NCBI GenBank assembly: GCA_036172245.1
Contig: JAYWIR010000194.1
Location: 1 to 33,831 of the forward strand
DNA from: Raillietiella orientalis
Lineage: Eukaryota
DNA length: 33,831 nt
Direction of reading: 5' to 3'
Below, piece after piece: positions 11,034-23,432 of this stretch. The number at the start of each line of letters is the position of its first letter. Within the stretch, counting starts at the first letter, position 1. The position numbers were made by a program, and so were the translations under genes. The notes beneath the pieces were generated by a model. That model searched no databases. It was not told the origin of the DNA and saw only the letters and a program-made list of their open reading frames with translations.

Positions 11034-11127
11034 CACTGCCTGATCGACCACCGAACCACACGACGCTTGCACTGAGGAAGACTTTTTGTTACGAGGAGCA
11101 CCGAGAAAACACGTCCACCCTGGAGCA

Positions 11128-13248
11128 CGCAAGGCGGTCGACTGCGTAAATCACAATCTCCTTCCGGAGCTCCTGGAACGCCTGAGGCTCCGGGTGCACC
11201 TCGTATCGTATTTGCGCGCTTTCTGAAGCCACGCGCTCATTTCCATCTCCTTCAGCGGCTGCCACGTATACGGCGTGCCGGTGCGGCAAGGCATCAGGCA
11301 GGGCGAAAGCTTAAGCCCGTTGCTCTCCAGCATCTTTTTTGAGTTGGTGCTGAGGAGGTACAGGCTGATGCTGGCCAACCTGCTGAGCTCTTGTCCAGGA
11401 ACGCCGTCCGTGGCAGCCTATGCTGAAGAACTGGTTCCCCTCTTACCCAAGACCAACCCGGCGTCCAGTCTTGAGGATTTCTTCGAGCTGATTCGCCGGG
11501 GAGCGGGCATGAGCGTGAACTGGAGCAAGAGCGTGGTCGTACCTATTGGTGCGGTGTGGGAGGGCAGTCCGACTGGATCCGCCTGGTGATTTCGACCGCT
11601 TCCACCATGCAATATCTGTGCGTTCCGCTGGGGAACATCAGCTCAGTGGAAGTGTGTTCGGACTGCCACCGGAAGTCTACGAATGCCCTGAGCCCGTTCC
11701 TCCATGGCAGGTTCGTCCTTCCGGAGCGGGCCACGATATGGAACACCTTCGTTTTTCCCCTCTTGCGCTTTTTTTTTTTTGTTTGCCCGCTACCCTGCTC
11801 TGCCAAGCTGCAGGCGCACCGCCTGTTGAGGAACGCTCTGTGGGGACCTGAGAGGTCAAGGATACGCCTTAAGGACTTAACGGCGCCGCGTCGGGATGCT
11901 TGTTTGGGCATCGTGACCCTGGAGAGAATCGAGCTGCAGGTGCAGCTTCGGATGTTGGCCCTGTGCGCCGATCTTTGGTCCACTTCTTGGTGCGCTCCCG
12001 CGCGCCTGCTTCTGCGGCGCTTCACAGGTAGCAATGGACTTCTGTCGCTGCGGCCGCACATGGAGCGCGCCACAAGAAGCTTCGGTTTCACCTTGAAATC
12101 GGTGTACCGGTTCCTGGAAGCCCAGGAATGGATCTCCTGCCTCCCAACGAACTTTCAAGCCTGGCGGAAGGAACCGTTGCATGGCTGGGCAAAGCACCAG
12201 GATGTTTTCCTCCTGGAACTCCGTTGCGCTCACCTCTCCCCGTACTGCACGGTTGATAAAGTGTGCAACAGCCAGAAGAAGTGAACTCGCCTGGCCGTCA
12301 CGTCCCTCGCCGATGCGCTGTCAGTCCTCAGGGGAAGAGATGACAGCTGCGATCCGGCGAGATAGGAGGTCGCCTGCACCATCGCAGGAACAACCCGACC
12401 TATTGGCGGCTGGTGGAATTGCGAGCTGGCAGATGCCGCCACGCCTCGCCACATAGCGAAATGACTCCTTCGGTGGAGCGAACACTTGAGTGTGTCCCCC
12501 GAAGAACTTGTGGTCCCTCCCTCGTGTTTGAACACTTCTGTGTTCCCCCTTCCGTGGAAGCAGGACGTCATCATGCTGGTGCATTGGGGTTTTCACTCCA
12601 ACCAGCGGACGAACCGTGTTTCCGGGGGAGTGTCTCTTCAAACTGTAAGCGGTGCGGGGAAGTAACTACGCTCCTGCACCTGCTTCTGGAATGCGGTTTC
12701 CTTCTAAGACTGTGGCGAAGGCTGGCCTAAGCGCTCCTGCACCAGGGGGACACCGCGAGGGATTTGATGCGCCGCTTCTTCACGCCAGGCGGCCTGTCCT
12801 TAGGTGCTCTTGTTGCAACCGTGTGTTGCATTGGTGCCATCGATAAGGCCCACCGACAACTACAGAAGTTGGCCATGCTTCGTCAGCCCACCGGCTTAGC
12901 CAGCGCTAGCATGTCGTCGGCAGCCGAGTGGGAGCATCTTCCGGAGAGCGGGAGGAAGGAGATCGACGCCATCCATCGCCGGTTCTGAAAGGAAGGAACG
13001 GCAGAACCAAAGACTTCTGTCCCCTACCCAATTCGGCCGAGAATAACAAACCCTGTCCCCTGCCCTCCATATCTTTATTTTTGTTTTTTTATACGGTGTA
13101 TTTGTGGTCCCCACCCTCCCGTTCCGGACTTTCAGGATACCGACTTGCGTGTCTGGGATCCCACCCCCTTCGTTATTCTATGTCCTTTGTCCGGCAACTT
13201 TATTCCTGGACAGTTTGTAATAAACGCCCCGGCGCATTCGGGTGATGA
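11128..13248 (+). mobile_element. Alpha ORF2 fragment, right half of the split element, with 3' UTR
   Basis: Begins (AV)DCVNHNLLPELLERL. GIRQGESLSPLL, YAEE (decayed YADD), CKRCGE...HLLLEC, stop at 12988, 3' motif at 13219-13245. Homologous to 22461-23432 and 29169-31370. Confidence 0.9.
13219..13245 (+). terminator. Element 3' end motif
   Basis: aataaacgccccggcgcattcgggtga. Confidence 0.75.
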
Positions 13249-14920
13249 ACAGTCGCCCCCCGAGATCGTTTTGATCTCCTTGACGTCTGCCTCTGAGATC
13301 ACATGGATCTCCTGCACCAGGGCTAGGTCGAACTCACGCAAGGTGTCGGCCGTATCTCGTCTGTTGCCGTCGTCGCGCAGCCCGTTGACGTTCGAACTGG
13401 CCACGCTGAGTCGACGGCGACAGGCGAGCCCAGGTGTTATTCCTGGGAAATCAGCTCTGCGGCGTCCGCCACCTGTTGAAGCAAGACGCTAGGTGGAGGA
13501 GAAGGGACAGGTGCCTCGAGCACCTGGTCTATCTCCTCCATCGGTCACGGCGCGTCGGGCGGGTCAACCTCAGGTGGTGCCGCGCCTACCTGTTGGCCCT
13601 CCTCCATAGGGGTAGGCTGTTCAGGGTCCGCGACGGCAAGGGGGACTTCGTCCTCCTGCTCACCCTCCTCCATGGGGGTGGACGACTCGACGACTTCCGC
13701 ACGTGGGAGTTCCCCCTTCGGGATTCCTACGCTGCCGTCGGTTTCCTGCTTCTCCTCTTCGCTCGTGGAGGGGAGGCGCCTCCTCGGCTTTTAAGCATTG
13801 CGCCCCGTCTTCCGGGGGGGTGCCTCCGAGGAGGAGGATGTGCTTCCGGCCCCCAGTTCGCACTCACGTGCGGATGCCTTCTCTGCCGGAGCCGGCCTTC
13901 GCACGGCCTTGCGTGAGAGGTTCTCACGCTCGGCCAGCGTGGCCGCGAGCTCCTCCGCCTCCTGCGCGAATGCGGCGTCCTCGCTTTCGGCGCGCGTTTC
14001 GCGCGGCTCACCGTCTGTGCAAACAGAGGGTTTGCCGTCGCGAACTTCGGGCGCGATGGAAACGGCGAGAGGAGACTCGTCGCCCCTGGTGTCAGCCTCA
14101 GGAACGCTGATGCGACCCAGTGCAACCGAGCACTCGCGGAGTTTTTTTGACAGCGGGGCGGCTTTATTCTTTTTTCCGGCCGTGTTCTTTTTCTCCGTTT
14201 TCTTTAGTGGTTCTTTCCCCACTTGTTTCTCCTTCCCGGCCTTTACCAGTTGCCATCCTTCCTCCACTACCGCGTCTTCCGCGGATTTATCCTCCGACGC
14301 CTGGGTTGGAGGAGGAGGAGAAAGCTGCTGGGGCCGGCAAGGTTCTCGCTCAGGTCTTTCGGCCTAGTCCATTTTCTTGGCCTGCGCCTTTTTGACAGCA
14401 GGTGGCAACTGGGTGGGGCGTTCAGGGCACACACGACGCACGTGTCCATTAACCCCGCACAAGTGGCACTCGATATTTGGGCACCGCTTGCGCAAGTGAC
14501 TAACTGCATCTCAGTAGACACAATAGCGGGGTTTCCCCACGTACCACAGATCGACGGATTCCTTCGCGACCTCCAGTTTGTGGGGCAACTCAGCACTTTC
14601 ATTGACGGTGACAGGCGCTGCAGCCTGGCCTCCAAAATGGCTATGAAAGCCTTCGAAGATGGTGGGCTTTGGTCAGAACGCATGTACCTCTCCGTATTTC
14701 ATCAGCTCGGAATTGACCTCCGAGCGCGTCACCCGATTTGTGATTCCGGTTAGATGGACCACTACGGAGCGGTTTATGCTAACCGGTAGGATTTTCCGGC
14801 TATCCACATTCAGCGCGGTGTTTATAAGGCGCTGTGCTAAGGCTACGTCTTTCCAGACGACCTACACGCGCTGCCCCCCGCTGAGTACCGAGAGGCCGTC
14901 AAGATCCACTTCTCTTACAC
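13249..14920 (-). mobile_element. Beta fragment: 5'-truncated ORF1 + first ~55 codons of APE
   Basis: DLDGLSVLSGGQRV...VHLTG...LWYVGKP..., decayed knuckles, GWQLVK, then SSNVNGLRDDGNRRD...LVQEIHV...TISGG. Close paralog of 17500-19170. Confidence 0.88.
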
Positions 14921-14924
14921 GAAA

Positions 14925-14952
14925 GTCCTGTTGTCCTGTAGTCCTGTAGTCC
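14925..14952. repeat. 8-bp tandem repeat (gtcctgtw) x3.5 at a deletion junction
   Basis: gtcctgtt gtcctgta gtcctgta gtcc, where ORF2 C-terminal sequence joins mid-ORF1 sequence. Confidence 0.7.
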
Positions 14953-17900
14953 AATAAGATAGGGGAGCGACTCCCGCTCCCGAACCCGGCACACGCAGGA
15001 TCCACAGCTCCCCTCGTCCAGTGGAAGCGGCGCGCGTTGCAGGGTAGACCCCTGTGCAACAGAAGCAACGCCGACTCTTGCCACTTGAGGGGCAGGATCC
15101 TGAGTTCCTTCATCACCGAGGGACACTTCAGCTCATCCCTGGGGATGGCGAGCAGCTCGCCCCATTTTAGTAATCCTCGCAGCTGGATGTTCCGGGTCGT
15201 GGCGTCTGCCAGTTCTCCAGTTTTCCACCCGCTTAACAAGTTCTCCAGTCCCTCGATGCAGCAGGAGACTTGTCACCTTGGCGTTCGGCTGCTGTGAAGT
15301 GTCCTCCTCAGGCAGGGCAGCGCCGTAGCTAGGCAAGTCTTCTCCGCCAACGTGTATCTTGCTGGAATCTCCAAGAAATTCCGCAGCGTGCAGCGGTCGT
15401 AAAGGCCGCATCGGAGACGATTCCACGTCTCGTAGCTTCTCCGGTTAACCACTGCCCACGTTTCAATATTCTCCTCCAGCCAGGCGGGGGAGTTGGCAGG
15501 ACAGCAAACCATCCAGCTGTTCTCCTTGGCCAATGTCGCCATGCGCCCGAGCAGTAGGCCGCATCTTCGCATCTTCCGGCCAGGGCTCAGAAGAAAAGAT
15601 GCGAGTCCATCGCACGGGGACACACGGCTGGCCAAGAGGCGGGCCGGAGTGCTTCAAGAAGTGTTACACATCTTCGCTGCGATGGCGAGAGTTCGCCATA
15701 GCAGCTGCCTCTTCACGCGCTTTAGCGTCAGGAGGCCAAGACCGCCGTCCCGACGCGGAGCGCACAAGTCCTCAAGTGGTACTCGGGGCCTCCCCTTGCC
15801 CCAAAGGGCGATACGGAGGAGGTCCTTCGTCCTCTTCTTGGATTCCACGGTGAAGTGGCAAACAAAAAGCAAGGGGCGGAAAATGGGGGCCGCGAAGGCG
15901 TTCCAAACCGTGGCCCGTTCCGGCAAGTGAAACTTGCCTTCCAGGAACGGGCCGATCGCCTTCTAGATTTTTTGGAGGCAGCTGGACCACGCTTCCGCAA
16001 GGGAGTAGTCCCCCAACGGCACATAGGGGTACTTGGAGTACCTCGCCGTAAAGATCCCCAGACGGACCCAGTCCTGCTGCCCTACACACGACGCACCTAT
16101 TGGCTCCACCGTCGATTTCGCCCTGTTAACCTGCAGTCCGGTCTCGCAGCTGAGCCTATCGAAGAAGTCTCCGACCGCCTTTGCCGGGGTGGACATTAGG
16201 GATTCTGCCACCTGCCCCAGACGCGAAACCCATAGCCCTGCTATCAACTTGGCGTCCGTATTCACGATCGTGATCGGACGCCAGTTCTTTAAATTCCTGA
16301 GGTCTCCTTCTTTCGGAAAGAGCTTCACTCTTGCTGACCGAAACGAGGCGGGAACATCGCCTTCGTCACGGATCAGCCAGATGAACTCAAGCAACAGGGC
16401 TGCCAGCTCTTCCGCGAAGCTCCGAAACAACTCCGCGGGCAAGCCGTCTTCCCCTGTAGCTTTACGCCTTTTCAGCCTTTTAATACCGGCGAGAATTTCG
16501 CCAGTGGTAAGAGGTTCGTCGAGGTTTTCTATCTCCTCCTCCCCTATTGCCGGGGAGCCATCCGGAAGCAAACGCCGAGAGGCGCCTCGATCCGGGGGCT
16601 CACTGGCGTAAAAAGAAGAATAAAAACCCTAGACGACATGCCGTACCAACGCCGGGGACGAGCATTCCCGGCCCTGGTCGTCCAGCAAGCTGGCCGACCC
16701 GGATTGCCGGGCTTGACGTTTGGCCCCGGGGCTGTACTCGGCCAGGCGACGGACATTTAGGGTTCTATCGTACCTACGGGCCTGTAAATAGGCCCGATGG
16801 TTGCGAGCACACTCGCCGAATCCGAGGGACAGGTGGTGCAGGGGCGACTGCTCGCAGAACTCCCGGACCGAGGCCTTGAGAAGGTTTCAGTCCGTGAAAC
16901 TCTTGAGCGTGACGCCCCTTAGGAATTCGCAAAGGTGTTCATTCGCACCTGAGGGTCGCGTCGAGTCCTCCGGCAGACGCCATTCCCTGGATGGCGGTCC
17001 CCTGTCGCAAGGCCGCATCTCGAATATTAAACGGGAATGGTCCGACAGCGTCGACGCAATCCTACATCGTGTGCCTACCCGTGAACACAGGTCAGGGTAG
17101 AAAAAGACGTGGTCGATGCTGCGCACGATTCCCCCCTCACCCGCGAACCAGTTGCGCGCACGCATGGCGGCGCACAACTCGTTTATCTCGTTTTCTTATG
17201 TTTCTGGCTCACCTGTTGCAGACGGAGATTGAAATCTCCCGCTATCAGGTTAGCCTTCCGCACGTTCGTGTCCGCCAGCCATTCGCGCTTCAGGAATTCC
17301 AGCAACCTGGTGCGGTCGCTGTATCGCTTTTTTCGGCTCGGGGCGAACACATTCGTGACGATCAGTTCGATCGAGTCGGACCAGCTGAGAATTAGCAGAC
17401 CGACCCTACCGTCGTCATCGAAGCACACGCCCTTCACGGCAGCCTCGATGGCCGGCTTCACGAAGAACGCGACCCCGCAGGTGTCGCGGAGGCCGCATCG
17501 CCATTACAACCGACCCCCCGCGATCGTCTTTATCTCCTGGGCGTCTGCCGCGGTGATCACGTGGATGTCCTGCAGCAGGGCCAGGTCGAGCTCAGGCAGG
17601 GTGTCGGCCGTATCTCGCGCCTGTTACCGTCGTCGCCCAGCCCGTTGACATTCCGACAGGCGGCGCGAATCCGACGGCGACTGGCGAGCCCAGGTGTTAC
17701 TCCTGGGAAGATGGGGATGCGGCGTCCTCCACCTGTTGAGGCGGGACGCTAGGTGGAGGAGGAGGGTCAGGCGCTGAGTGCAGCTGTTCCTCCTCCTCCA
17801 TGGGTAACGGCGCGACTCGCGGGTCACCCTCAGGTGGATTCGCGCCTACCTGCTGGATCTCCTCCATGGGGGCGGGCTGTTCAGGCTCGGCGACTGCAGG

Positions 17901-19548
17901 GAGGACTTCGCCCCCCTGCTCACCCTCCTCCATGGAGGTGGCCTGCTCGACGGGTTCCGAGCGTGGGAGTGCCCCTTCCGGGATATCCACGCTCCCGCTA
18001 CCTTCCTGCTTCTCCTCCTCGCTGGTGGAGGGGAGGCGCCTTCTGGGTTTCTGGGACTTGCGTCCCGACTTCCTAGGGGGTGCCTCCGAGGAGACGGATG
18101 TGCTCCCGGCCCCTCAGGTCCAACTAACCTGTGGGGGCCTTTGTCGCGGAAGCCGGCCTTCGCACGGCCTTGCGCGAGGGGTTCTCACGCTCGGCCAGCG
18201 TGGCCGCAAGCTCCCCCGCTTCCTGAGCGAACGCGGCGTCCTCGACTTTGACCGTCGCTATTTCGCGCGGCTCACCCTCTGTGTAGTCAGAGGGTTCGCC
18301 GTCGCGAACCTCGGGCGCGGCGGAAACGGCGAAGCGAGGCTCGTCGCCCCCGGTGGCAGTCTCGGTAACGGCTATGCGTTCCAGTGCCACCGTACATTTC
18401 CGCGTGGTCTTGGAGCGCGGCCCAGGTTTTTTCGCCTTGCCGGCTGTCTTTTTGACCGCTTTCGCGGGTTCCGCGGGGCGCACCTTTTTTTCCTTCTTGG
18501 CCTTAACCAGCTGCCAGCCGTCCTGGACTCCCGCGTCTTCGGAAGGTTTTTCTTCCGACGCCTGTGTGTGAAGAACGGGGGCTAGCGGCGGCTGCCGGTT
18601 AGTATCTCTCTTTGGTCTTTCGACCAATTTTCCGCGTGTTGCCTGCGCTTTCTTTGAGGCAGGCGGCACCGGAGTGAGGCGTTAAGGGCTTACGCGGCGC
18701 ACGTAGCCCTTCCACCCGCATAAGTGGCACACAATGTTCAGGCACCGCTTGCACAAGTGTCCTACTGCATTGGAGTAGCCACAAAAGCGGGGTTTTTTCA
18801 CGTATCATAGGTCTACGACTTCGTCATAGACCTCTAGTTTGTGGGGAAGCTCACTTTCCTTCTTTACCGTAACACCAGCGGCGGCCTGCCCTCCGAAAAG
18901 TCTATCGTAGCCATCGAAGATTGTGGCGTTCGGCTATAGCGAGTGAACGTTTCCGTATTTTCGCAGTTGATTACCAACCGCAGACAGCGTCATGCGGCTG
19001 GTGATGCCAGTCAGATGGACCACTACGGAGCGGTCTATCGTGACTGGCAGGATTTTGCGTCCGTCCACGTTCAGCGGGGTAGTAATGAAGCTTTGCGCCA
19101 AGATGATGTGCTTGCAGACAACCTCGACGCGCTGACCCCCGCTGAGCGCGGATAGACCGTCAGGATCCTTCTCTAATACGTTGGCGTTCTGCAGCGTTTT
19201 CGAAAAAGCGCGTGCAGCTCGCCCGTCGAAGAGATTGCCTACCTGGTATACCAGACTGGGCTTGTACCCAGCTTCCAGGTAGGCTGCCTTCTCGGCCATG
19301 GTTTCCGCGCTCGGCGCGGCTACCATGGCGCTCCAGCTCCTCGCCTTGAGAGGCGAGGGCGATTCCGGGGCGGACGCCCCTGATTCTGTAGGCTGTAGGG
19401 GTGCGCAAGCCTCAGCCACTTTTACCTCCATCGTGGTGTCCTCAGGCATCGCTGCCATCGGACACCAACGATGTTCCTCACCAAAAACAGCACAATAAAA
19501 CAACGCTTCCTGTCGACACGCTCGGGAGCTGAGGAAAAACACGTACTT
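14925..19548 (-). mobile_element. Beta element with 5' UTR, ORF1 (~19458-17697) and ORF2 (~17695-14950); RT core deleted and 3' end lost
   Basis: ORF1: ARSWSAMV, SLVYQVGNL. APE: NVNGL, LQDIH, TNVFAP, AGDFN, SIDHVF, LSDH. RT: KATGEDGLP, NWRPITIVNTDAK, then VAESL|MSTP at ~16195 skips the QGD/YADD region. C-terminus: HRGLPCNARR. Confidence 0.9.
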
Positions 19549-19990
19549 CCGTAACGAAAAAACGTACTTGTATGCCCGTCGTTACGCGAGGACACCCAAT
19601 GTCCGTCGCCTGGCAGAGTACCAAGCCGGGGCCCAACGTCAAGCCTGGCAATCCGGGTAGGCAAGCTTGCTGGACGACCAGGGCCGGTAGCCCTCGGCTC
19701 CGGCTAGAAAACGGCATCCCGTGCGGCGTTATTATTACTCCCTTTACGCTAGGGCGCCCCCGGACTAAAATGCTTACCGGCGCTTGCTTCCGGACGGTGC
19801 CCCTGCAATAGAAGAGAAGGAGAAGGAAAGCCTCGACGAGCCTTCTACCACCGGCGAAATTCTCGCCCAAATCAAAAGGCTCAAGAGGCGAGAAGCACCA
19901 GGGAAGGACGGCCTGCCCGCGGAGTTTTTTCAATGCTTCGCGGCAGAGTTGGCAACACTGATGCTTCAGTTGACAAGGCTGATCCGAGAT
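19549..19990 (+). pseudogene. Beta ORF2 internal fragment (linker + RT domain 0)
   Basis: RNEKTYLYARRYARTPNVRRLAEY...QRQAWQSG...LLDDQG...EAPGKDGLPAEFF...LIRDE; highly similar to the inverse of 16365-16780. Confidence 0.85.
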
Positions 19991-22437
19991 GAAGTTGCTG
20001 AGCCAGCGGTCGCTCAGTCTCTCGAAAAACTCCAGTTTCTCGGTGCGACGCGCGGAGAAGCTCGGCGCGTACACGTTCGTGACGACAAGGTTGATCGATT
20101 CGGACCACTTCGGAACAAGTTGGCCCACACGACCTTTCTCGTCGTAACAAATGCTCCGCACCGTTTCCGCCACCCTTCCTCTTACAAGGAATGAGACTCC
20201 GCAGGTATTCTGGGAGCCTGACCTCCTATGGCGCGTCCCGCCTGCGCGAACTTGCACATCAGCCGCTTGCTGCTTGGAGAGTGCGGGAATATCATGCAGC
20301 AGGGCCAGATCGAAGTCGCGCTAGAAGTTGGCGACCAATCTCCTCTTCTCGTTGTATTACAGCCCGCTGACGTTCCAACAGGTTACTCGGACGCGACAGG
20401 AAGAAGCGAGACCGCGCATTGCTGCTACGGACATGGAGGTGCGTTGTTCGCCTTGTCCGGCGAGGCATCAACCGGGAGCGCGGCGGATGAGGTAGCGCAA
20501 GCGCTTCCTGTCCCCGCCGCGCCGCTCGCGGCTGGCTCGGTGGAGTCGAAGACCATTGTCTCGGGCTCCGAGGAGCATCGGGAACCGTTCCCGGCATCAG
20601 GCTCTTGCCTGGCAAGTTTTCGCTTGGGCGCAGCCCTCGCCTAGACCGGGTTTTGACGAGCCTCTGCACTGCCCTCGGACTCCACCACGGAGTCCGAATT
20701 CCGTGCGCGCTGCGGGCGTTTCGCCTGCCTCTTTTTTTGGTGGCAGCCCGGAGCTGGTACAGAACTCTTAGAGGGTGCCCTGGTCGCCGATTCCTCTTTC
20801 AAGGTCGCGGTTTCGGCAGCTCCTTTCTCGCCGCGGGTGTTTGCCACGGCGCGCGCGGCGGCAACAGAGGCTTTTTCTTGCGCTTTCCTTGGCGCGCGGG
20901 GCTGCCTCTTCTACTCGCCTACTTTTTTGATCGGGAAGTGGGAAGGATCGCGCGTTTTGCGCTTCTTCTTCTTTCCACCAACAAAGATCCAGCCTACCTA
21001 GCCGCCTTCCGGTTGGCCTCAGGTGTTCGCGAGGGCTTCCAGGGTCCTTCGCATCCTTTGCAAGGCCTAGGATATGGCGATGGAGACCAGTGTATCCTTC
21101 GCCACGTCTGGCTTTTGCACCTTCTTACCGGAAGGTGCGGGCAGAGTGGCGGGATTCTCGGGGGTCGCGCGTGGCTTTTCAGCCTTTGCTGGCGTTCGGC
21201 CCGCCGTGGCCGGCTTTCCTGTTGCAGGCAAAGGAGCGCACAACTCATTTTACGACGCTCCGGTGGTCTTCCCGGGCGTGCCACCACTATTTCGCTCCGG
21301 AGCCAGAGCGGAAGGAAGCGGCTGTTTTGCAGCCTGCCCTATGTTATCGGCGGGCTGGGTCGCTCGGGGCTTTACTGAGGCAGCTCGGAGAAGCTTCTTG
21401 TTCTTTCGCGCAAGTTTTTGTGGAGCACTGCTCCGAGAATCGCCCGCGCAAGCGGAGTTTTCACTTCTCCGCTGCGAATCCTCATTCGCGCCGGAGTTCT
21501 TCCCCGACGACTGGGCGGATAGAGTAGGCGCGGACATCGATGTTGTAAGGAGGTTTCTCGCCCTCCTCTTACGTTTTAGCTCGACGCACTCGTTTATCGT
21601 GTGGCCGAACATCTTACAGTATCGGCAACTGCGTGTTGTGTACTTCCTCGGACGGTGGCCCTCTTTGTCGCAGTTGCCGCAAGCTGGGGTTTGCCTGGCA
21701 AACCGGAGATAGACGACAACGTCACCGAGGAGTATCTGCGAAGGCATGAGCCTCCGGTCGTCTATGGTGACGCGCGCCGTGGCAAGTTTGCAAGAGAGGA
21801 GCGCGACTTGATCGATCGGATTCGCGAGCCTCCATATTGCGTGCACTGCGGCAAACGCCTTGAGTGCAACAATGATGTCGCGGTCCGTGATTTTTGACCG
21901 AATGCCCAGGAACGGGACCACGAAAGATTGGTCCAGGGCCGAGGGGACGGCCTCCTTACCCCTGATTTTCAGGGGCCTTTGCAGCAGGCGCTGGACGAGG
22001 GCTGCATCCTTGCAGTGCATCTTCCAATGGCCTACCGCGCTTACTGGTATAAGTGACAGCAGATCGTCCTCTCGGACCCCTACGCGTTCCAGCTCGCTCC
22101 ATTGCTGGTCGCTCGTCCCATCAAGGTACGCGTCACCGACCTTGAAGGCCAGAGGGAGGGTGTAGCCGCTGGCGGCGTACGTTCGTAGCTATGCCTCGTC
22201 GAATGTGGCTCCGTGAGCCACCACTGCCTTAACAACGGCGGCAAAACTTCTCTCTGGAGGCGAGGAACGATCGCTGGAGGCTCTCACTCCTCCCGAAGAC
22301 AGTCCTACGACGCAGAGGGATTCCTTTATCTCCATTTCTGCGGACACTGGCTTCATTTTCTTCGGAGATATCGCACCACATTCAAAAGGAACAGCCGCTA
22401 AAAACTTTAGAGACAGAGCGCAAGAATGCACGGCCCA
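19991..22437 (-). mobile_element. Alpha element 5' half: 5' UTR, ORF1 (~22356-20420) and APE N-terminus
   Basis: ORF1: RSFAAVV, CKDAALVQRLL, CGNCDKEGH, CRYCKMFGHTINEC. ORF2: MRGLASS...TCWNVSGL...TCGVSFLVRG...GRVGQL...TNVYAP. Confidence 0.88.
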
Positions 22438-22460
22438 ACAATGGAGGGGAGCAACTATTT

Positions 22461-23432
22461 ATCACCCGGGTGCGCCGGGGCGTTTATTAAAAACAATCCT
22501 GGAACAGAGTTCCTGGACAAAGCGAAAGACAAGAGACGAAGGGGGCTGGATCCCCGACACGCAGGTCGGTATGGAGAAAGTCCAGAACGGGAGGGAGGGG
22601 ACCACAAATACACTACTATAAAGAGTAAAAATAAAAATATGGTGATCAGGGGACAGGAGTATTCCGTGAGTCCGTTCCTTCTTTTCTAAACCGGCGATGG
22701 ATGCCGGCGATCTCTCTCCTTACGTCCTGTGGCAGATGGGCCTACTCGGCAGCCGACGACATGCTGGCGCTGGCTAAGCCGGTGGGCTGACGAAGGATGG
22801 CCAGCTTCTCCAACACTCGGTGGACCTTGTCGATGGCGCGGATGCAACACACGGTTGCAACGACAGCACCCAAAGAAATGCCGCCTGGCGTGAAGAAGCA
22901 GCGCATCAAGTCCCTCGCGGTGTCCCCCTGGTGCGAGAGAGCTGAGGCCAGCCTCCGCCAAAGTCCTAGAAGGGCACCGCTGTCTAGGAGCAAGTGCGGG
23001 AGCGGATTTACTTCCCCGCACCGCTCACAGTTTGGGGAGGCAAATCCCCCGGAAACACGGTTCGTCCGCTGGTTTGAGTAAAACCCCAATGTACCAGTTT
23101 GATGACGTCCAGCTTCCACGAAAGGGGGAACACAGAAATGTTCAAACAGGAGGGAGGGACCACAAGTTCTACGGGGGGCACACTCACATGTTCGCTCCAC
23201 CGAAGAAGTCCGTTCGGGATTATGCGAAGCGAGGCGGCGTCTGCCAGCTCGCAGGTCTTCCAGACGCCAATGGGTAGTGTTGTTCTTGCAATCGTGCAGG
23301 CGATCCCATCTCGCCAATTCGCAGCTGTCATCTCTTGCCCTGAGTGCTGACAGCGCGACAACGAACGGCGTGACCGCCAGGCGAGTCCACTTCTCCTGGC
23401 TGTTGCACACCTGGTCCACCGTGCAATACGGG
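22461..23432 (-). mobile_element. Alpha element 3' end (C-terminal ORF2 + 3' UTR + terminal motif at 22462-22488)
   Basis: PYCTVDQVCN...CERCGE...HLLLD...IAGIHRR, ending aataaacgccccggcgcacccgggtga. Roughly 80% similar by eye to 12240-13245. Confidence 0.88.

Larger units (their letters stand above)
1738..11127 (-). mobile_element. Near full-length beta element (5' UTR/ORF1 at right, ORF2/3' UTR at left), itself interrupted at ~5406-9417
   Basis: 3' terminal motif at 1740-1766, ORF2 1956-5405, ORF1 9418-11033 and 5' UTR to ~11127 are all on the minus strand and are bracketed by the candidate TSD. Confidence 0.7.

Noticed and set aside
19534..19570. Near-direct repeat aaaaacacgtactt / aaaaacgtactt as a TSD
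   Set aside because: The copies are only ~20 bp apart at a head-to-head junction, and the second is ORF2 coding sequence (EKTYL); at most junction microhomology.
19478..20257. 259-aa ORF as a complete endonuclease
   Set aside because: Only the first ~88 aa are APE; the rest reads through the inverted RT fragment and a 5' UTR.
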